A DNA stretch of 64,000 bases from Spirochaetia bacterium (GTDB taxonomy: Bacteria; Spirochaetota; Spirochaetia; DSM-2461): the NCBI GenBank assembly GCA_963666985.2, contig CAXXIA010000002.1, positions 544,001 to 608,000 of the forward strand. The letters are read 5' to 3'. Each line of letters begins with the position of its first letter. The first letter of the stretch is position 1. Both the position numbers and the translations under genes were made by a program. The notes below the pieces were generated by a model. It did not search any database. It saw only the letters and a program-made list of their open reading frames with translations, and was not told the origin of the DNA. This document shows, in pieces, positions 59,254 through 64,000 of the stretch.

Positions 59254-59384
59254 TACATTGATGTAATCGATTCAATGTTAAGTCTGTCGGACAAAGACTG
59301 AAGAATCAACTGGTGAGGGAAAACTTCCGTACCGAATATTTCTCATTATATTCCGTACGGCATTCCACACGGCTATTCAAATCT

Positions 59385-59879
59385 TCAGCGCAGATATTCC
59401 ACCAATGGAGCAAGACCCGACCGATCCATATGATCTTTATCCCGGCCCATTTCTTCCCGAACCATCGGATCTTTCTGCATTCTCATACCCATCTTCATCA
59501 GCTTCCGATGCAGCGGCGTGAGCTCCGAGAACACGATACGGCCCCCCAAGGGCACATACTTCAAATTCGAACGAATCTGTGGTGCAAAACTTGCCTTGAA
59601 GCCGCTTTGCAGAGAAGGGTCTTCGGGAACCGCCGCGGAAGTCGTAAAGAGCGCCACCTTCTTTCCTTCCATGCGATTCCAGTTCTTCCGAATCCATCCG
59701 CCGATCTGCGGCTTGTCGGCAAACACCGGCGACCCGATAACGATCGTATCGCACGCTTCGATGTCGCCCTTTTTCACCGAACCGACGTCGACGCACTGAA
59801 AACCCGTCTCCTCCGAAAGCCACTGAGCATACCGCTCGGTCGAACCGTAATTCGACTTGTAAATAATGATTCCTTTCAT
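59385..59879 (-). CDS. Flavodoxin-domain protein (HemG-like)
   Basis: IIYKSNYGSTERYAQWL, IVIGSPVFA, LGGRI. Confidence 0.85.
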   Translation of the reverse strand: MKGIIIYKSNYGSTERYAQWLSEETGFQCVDVGSVKKGDIEACDTIVIGSPVFADKPQIGGWIRKNWNRMEGKKVALFTTSAAVPEDPSLQSGFKASFAPQIRSNLKYVPLGGRIVFSELTPLHRKLMKMGMRMQKDPMVREEMGRDKDHMDRSGLAPLVEYLR

Positions 59880-59964
59880 CTTTTCTCCTCCGTCCTTTAA
59901 GGACGATAAATTGGTTGATTTCGTCTATTGAGGCTCTCTTGCCGGAGGGTTTTTTTCCGAAACT

Positions 59965-60603
59965 TTAAGCAGTCCGCCGGACCTTCAATCCTTCAAGAAA
60001 GAAGGCCAGGTTTTCCTTCAAGTTCGCCTCAACCTCCTCAGGCCTCCGTCCGTCAAGGGACATTAAGGTATTTTCCATATTTAAGCCGTGCATCATATAA
60101 ACGTATTGGGCGGAAATCCTCGGAACATCGCAGTCCATAATCAGTCCCTGCGCGAGGAGATCACCCAAAAGGATTTCCGTCATTTCCTTCTGAGCCGGCA
60201 AAAGTTCATCGAGAACAAAGCGCCGACACCGCTCGTCCACATACATCTCGTTGTGAAGAATCCGGTTGATCAGCGGAGTCAGCGGCGGCAGACGATTATA
60301 AAAATCCAGAACCCCTTGAAGCCAAATTTGCGCGGGGTCCGTCCGCCCGGCGACGCCCTCATCCATTTCCTTTCGGGTCAGCATGGCTCTTTTCAGTCCT
60401 TCGAGCTGATAATCCAGAACGGCCTCTAAAATGGCGTCTTTCCCCGCGTAATGGTTGTAGAGAGAACTCTCCTTAATCCCCACCGTCCGGGCCAAATCGC
60501 GCATGGAGGTTCCCCGAAAGCCCTTGGCCGCGAACAGCCCGACGGCTTCTTCGAAGATGCGCCGCTTCGTTGTTATTCCTTCTTCTTCAACCATGAAATT
60601 CAT
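59965..60603 (-). CDS. TetR/AcrR-family transcriptional regulator
   Basis: TKRRIFEEA..LFAAKGF.GTSMRDLA..VGIKESSLYNHY.GK. Confidence 0.93.
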   Translation of the reverse strand: MNFMVEEEGITTKRRIFEEAVGLFAAKGFRGTSMRDLARTVGIKESSLYNHYAGKDAILEAVLDYQLEGLKRAMLTRKEMDEGVAGRTDPAQIWLQGVLDFYNRLPPLTPLINRILHNEMYVDERCRRFVLDELLPAQKEMTEILLGDLLAQGLIMDCDVPRISAQYVYMMHGLNMENTLMSLDGRRPEEVEANLKENLAFFLEGLKVRRTA

Positions 60604-60630
60604 TCATCTTCTTTTCGCGGAGAACATATC

Positions 60631-60653
60631 CTAACTATCGTTCGTTAGTCAAG
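60631..60653 (-). promoter_or_regulatory. Probable TetR operator overlapping the promoter
   Basis: CTAAC-N8-GTTAG palindrome (60631-60648) abutting minus-strand TTGACT. Confidence 0.55.
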
Positions 60654-60895
60654 AGAGTTCTGGAAAACAAGAAATTGAATGGACGGAAATCCGGACCATG
60701 CACATTGAGCCGCAGAACATTATCAATCAAGAGCCGGCTTAGGATTCGGAACTCTTCTCCTCGGCATCCCATAATCCTTATTAAAAGATGATTCGGAAGG
60801 ACCGGAAATTGCCGGGGAAAGGAGCTATCGGCATTCTCCATAGTAGGACTTTCATTCTCTTCAGGTAATAATGAGATAGGGAGAGTCTTGCGGTT

Positions 60896-61343
60896 ATGGA
60901 AATCCGAGAGTGCGATGAGAGCTTCGCCGAGGTATTGGCGGAAATCGGGAAGGAAACATATTTTGATACGTTTCATGCGATGAATACTCAAGAGACGATG
61001 CGAATTTATCTCGAAGAGGCCTTTAATCTTAAGAAAATCCGGCAAGAGCTCATGAATCCGAATTCCCAATTTTTTCTTCTTTGGGAAAATAAAAAGCCGT
61101 CGGCTTACTTCAAAATCAATTTCGCTCCGGCTCAAACGGATATCAATGACCCTGCGTCGCTGGAACTCGAGAGAATCTATGTAAGAAAAGAGTTCAAGGG
61201 TCGAGGAATCGGCCGTCTATAAACGGAACGGATTTGTCCTATTCGATACGCATCTCTTCCGTATGGGAAAGGAAGAGCAGCGGGACTATCTGTTCCGAAA
61301 AGAACTGATCCGAACAGAACCAACGGATTCCGGTGTGATTTAA
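60896..61343 (+). pseudogene. PaiA/SSAT-like GNAT acetyltransferase with internal deletion and frameshift
   Basis: The frame ends after LERIYV..EFKGRGIGRL*. Another frame immediately reads YKRNGFVLFDTHLFRMGKEEQRDYLFRKEL, the expected C-terminus. The intervening WLGVWE.N segment is missing. Confidence 0.8.
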
Positions 61344-61426
61344 GGGCGGGCTGTGACCGAGCATCGGAAACCGATTGAAGCAGCCGTTGAGGCATGCCGA
61401 AGAGACACAGCCCCGAAATCCGAAGC

Positions 61427-61909
61427 TTATGCTTTCCAGAATCCCTTATGCGCTTTCTCCGCTTCGTCTTCCAGCAGAGGTCCGAGAACTTCGATATCCC
61501 GACGCCCATGAGCGAAGACTTCGCGGCAGGGCAGCTCCAAGGTTTCGTTGGTTTCATCGTCGCCGGTCAGGACAAAAAGACGTTTTTCGCTCAGTCCGTA
61601 AAGGACTCTTTTCACCCCGGCCCAGTACACCGCGCCCGAACACATCACGCAGGGCTCGGCGCTCGTGTACATCGTGCACGTTTCCAGGAAGGCTTTATCG
61701 AATTTCAAAGACGCCAGGCGCATCAGATTGGTCTCGGCGTGTCCTGTGGCGTCGCCGGTCATGCCCACCGTATTCTGAGTTCTCAAGATAACGCGTCCTT
61801 CGGCGTCGGCCAGTACGGCGCCGAACGGATGATTTCCCGCCGCGACGGATTTCTCGGATTCGGCGATAGCCGCCCGCAGACAGTCAAGATCATAAGGTCG
61901 CAGGTTCAT
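61427..61909 (-). CDS. Zn-dependent nucleoside/nucleobase deaminase (cytidine deaminase superfamily; guanine deaminase-like)
   Basis: GNHPFGAVL, HAE, EPCVMCSGA; AAGGAG RBS before ATG 61909. Confidence 0.9.
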   Translation of the reverse strand: MNLRPYDLDCLRAAIAESEKSVAAGNHPFGAVLADAEGRVILRTQNTVGMTGDATGHAETNLMRLASLKFDKAFLETCTMYTSAEPCVMCSGAVYWAGVKRVLYGLSEKRLFVLTGDDETNETLELPCREVFAHGRRDIEVLGPLLEDEAEKAHKGFWKA

Positions 61910-62016
61910 GTACTCTCCTTTTCTCCGCACGGCGCCGCAAAGAGCACCGTGCATGACATTGCCGAATAAAAGAGGCCGGTTCCCGCAGGCGGTCCGCCGG
62001 GAAACCGAACGCCCCG

Positions 62017-62508
62017 TTACTTCAGCTTATCAAAAATTACGATATAGGTACCGTCCGCGATGGAACCAAGCGCGTCGATCCACCAGCGGCCGTTTTCCTT
62101 CACCACCCGAAACTCCATGGTTTCGCCCGGCAAACGGGAGGCGACGGTGCAATGCACGTTGCCCGCGGAGAGTTCCTCGTTGAAGACAATCTCGTCCGCA
62201 TAAATCCAAAGGGGCGTTAAGTAGGGGTAGGATCGTTCATGGGCGAAATTGGCGATGAAGCCTTCTTTGTCGATCATGTCCCGGTAGGCCGGAAGAAGCA
62301 GAGGATAGATGTCCCCAGGACGGTTGTAATCCAGGGCTTCGACAAAACGGTCCACCATTTTCTCGGCCCGGCGCTCATCCCGGCCGCCGGGGAGAGTCGC
62401 GCATCCGGAGAAAAGCAGGCCGCCGAGTAAAAATATCGTCGGTACCGTTATGGCGGACACACGGCGCAGCTTCGACCGCCGGGCCGCGGAACGCGCGCCC
62501 GGGGTCAT
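62017..62508 (-). CDS. Putative lipoprotein, NTF2-like fold
   Basis: Lipobox FSGC; FVEAL...IY.LL, C-terminal FRVVKENGRWWI; ATGA-type overlap with the permease. Confidence 0.65.
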   Translation of the reverse strand: MTPGARSAARRSKLRRVSAITVPTIFLLGGLLFSGCATLPGGRDERRAEKMVDRFVEALDYNRPGDIYPLLLPAYRDMIDKEGFIANFAHERSYPYLTPLWIYADEIVFNEELSAGNVHCTVASRLPGETMEFRVVKENGRWWIDALGSIADGTYIVIFDKLK

Positions 62509-63446
62509 TTATCACCTCTGAAATAGGGCACGGTGAAGGCCGAGGGAAAGGCCACTTTTTTAGAAACCAGCACCAGAACGATAATGGTTAAAACATAGGG
62601 CAGAGCCAAAAGGAACTGCGGCGGCACCCCCATGCCCATGGCCTGAAGCCGCATCTGCAGGGCGTTGGCCCCGCCGAATAGCAGAGCGGCCCAAAGCGCC
62701 CGGCGCGGATCCCATCGGGCGAAGATTACCACCGAAACCGCGATGAATCCCCGACCGGCGATCATGTGGTCCATGTAGGTATCCATGAAGCCCAAGGTCA
62801 TGAAGGCTCCGCCCAATCCGGCATACATGCCGCCGATCACGACGCAGGCGTACCGGATAAGGGCCACGCGGATTCCCTTGGCGTCGGCGGCTTTGGGGTA
62901 TTCCCCCACCGCTTTTACTTTAAGCCCGAAGACCGTTTTTTCCAGCACGATCCACGTTACGAAAACCAGAATCCATCCGAGATACACCAGGATATTATGG
63001 CTGAACAGAATGGGTCCTATCACGGGAATGTCGGAGAGAATCGGGAAGCGGATGGACTGAAAGGTTTCCACGATGGGCGGCAGTTTCCGGATTCCGAAGG
63101 CTTCCCTGTAAATAAACGACGCAAAACCGGTCCCCAAAATGGTAAGGGCCGTTCCGGCAATCACCTGATTGGCGCCCACGGTGATGCTTAAGAAACCCAT
63201 AATCAGCGAAAACACGGCCCCGCCCAGAACGGCGCAAAAGAGACCGAACCAGAGACTCCCGGAAAAGAAGGCGCCCATGAATCCGCAGAGGGCGCCCATG
63301 ATCATAAGGCCCTCCACTCCCAGATTCAGGATGCCCGAACGCTGGGTGTAGATTTCTCCCAAAGCCGGAATGAGAATGGGCGTGCTGATTCGGAGGGTTC
63401 CGGCCAGCAGGCTCACAAGAAAATCAACGGACCAAATTCCGGACAC
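62505..63446 (-). CDS. Nucleoside-type (CUT2/BMP) ABC permease
   Basis: ALGE..TQRSGILNLGVEG, VGEYP.AA...GI.V, GRGFIA, ALPYVLT; GTG start after AGGAGG. Confidence 0.9.
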   Translation of the reverse strand: MSGIWSVDFLVSLLAGTLRISTPILIPALGEIYTQRSGILNLGVEGLMIMGALCGFMGAFFSGSLWFGLFCAVLGGAVFSLIMGFLSITVGANQVIAGTALTILGTGFASFIYREAFGIRKLPPIVETFQSIRFPILSDIPVIGPILFSHNILVYLGWILVFVTWIVLEKTVFGLKVKAVGEYPKAADAKGIRVALIRYACVVIGGMYAGLGGAFMTLGFMDTYMDHMIAGRGFIAVSVVIFARWDPRRALWAALLFGGANALQMRLQAMGMGVPPQFLLALPYVLTIIVLVLVSKKVAFPSAFTVPYFRGDK

Positions 63447-64000
63447 GCCGAGCCTCCTTGAAACGGTCGAAGACCACACGGGAAATAATAAAGACGATAA
63501 TGAGACCCTGGATGATGCCCACCAGGGAATACGGCACGCCTTCGAAGCGCTGCATCGTGGCCCCGCCCACCACGAGCACGGAGAAAAAGAACGAGGCCGC
63601 GGTGATGCCCACCGGATTCAGTCCGCCGAGAAGTGCCACAACAACGGCGATGGTGCCCAAATCTCCGGAAAGATTTTCCTGGAGGCGGCCGTGAAGTCCG
63701 AAGGCATCCACCCACCCGGCGAAGGCGGCCACAGCGGCGGAAAGAGCCATGGCGGCAACGATGTTCTTCGATACCTTAACGCCGCTGGCCGCCGCCACTT
63801 CCGGGTTTTCGCCCACAAGGTCTATGCGGAACCCCGCCCGTGTACGCCAAAAAACGAAGGCGGCCGCCGCGGTGAGGAGGGCCGGGATGAGGCCGAAGTG
63901 AAGACGCGTTCCGGCAAGCAGGATCGGAAGCTTCATCGCCTCGGGAACCAGAGGGGTTTGGGGGAATCCGAATCCTTCGGGATCCATCATCGGTCCGTTC
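63424..64000 (-). CDS. Nucleoside-type ABC permease; C-terminal part only, runs off the window
   Basis: T..GFRI..VGENP..A...G, LSAA.A..AG, VALLGGLNP.GI, IQGLII.F. Confidence 0.88.
   Translation of the reverse strand, partial: NGPMMDPEGFGFPQTPLVPEAMKLPILLAGTRLHFGLIPALLTAAAAFVFWRTRAGFRIDLVGENPEVAAASGVKVSKNIVAAMALSAAVAAFAGWVDAFGLHGRLQENLSGDLGTIAVVVALLGGLNPVGITAASFFFSVLVVGGATMQRFEGVPYSLVGIIQGLIIVFIISRVVFDRFKEARRVRNLVR

Noticed and set aside
61394..61969. 191-aa plus-strand ORF
   Set aside because: Antisense to the deaminase, which has clear HAE/PCxxC motifs and an RBS.

Overview
A 64 kb bacterial chromosomal segment made of accessory modules. It is probably from a spirochaete: the substrate-binding proteins have N-termini such as FANGSSE, YAGGQED and FAEGQQE (inference). 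From left to right it holds: (1) a translationally coupled MksB-E-F-G / Wadjet-like SMC operon that runs off the left edge; (2) an AraC-regulated sugar ABC operon ending in an ADP-ribosylglycohydrolase-family gene; (3) a 1698-aa DEDD-nuclease/RecQ/UvrD double-helicase fusion; (4) a D-psicose 3-epimerase and xylitol-dehydrogenase-like pair; (5) a sigma54-controlled AtuA/CocE/Opp operon with a readable -24/-12 promoter and paired enhancer palindromes; (6) a two-component system with an ABC transporter and a nucleoside phosphorylase; (7) glgP with a small upstream domain gene; (8) a LacI-controlled tripartite tricarboxylate transporter operon that also contains an EPSP-synthase (aroA) homolog and a permease, followed by a TauE-type exporter; (9) a LacI-controlled ABC / alpha-alpha-toroid / GH2 beta-glucuronidase operon; (10) regulators, a GNAT pseudogene, and a nucleoside ABC/deaminase operon that runs off the right edge. 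I found no rRNA, tRNA, CRISPR array or intact transposase. The best candidates for undescribed systems are the giant nuclease-double-helicase near the Mks operon, the TTT-aroA operon and the sigma54 AtuA/CocE operon. All family calls come from reading motifs, not from database searches.
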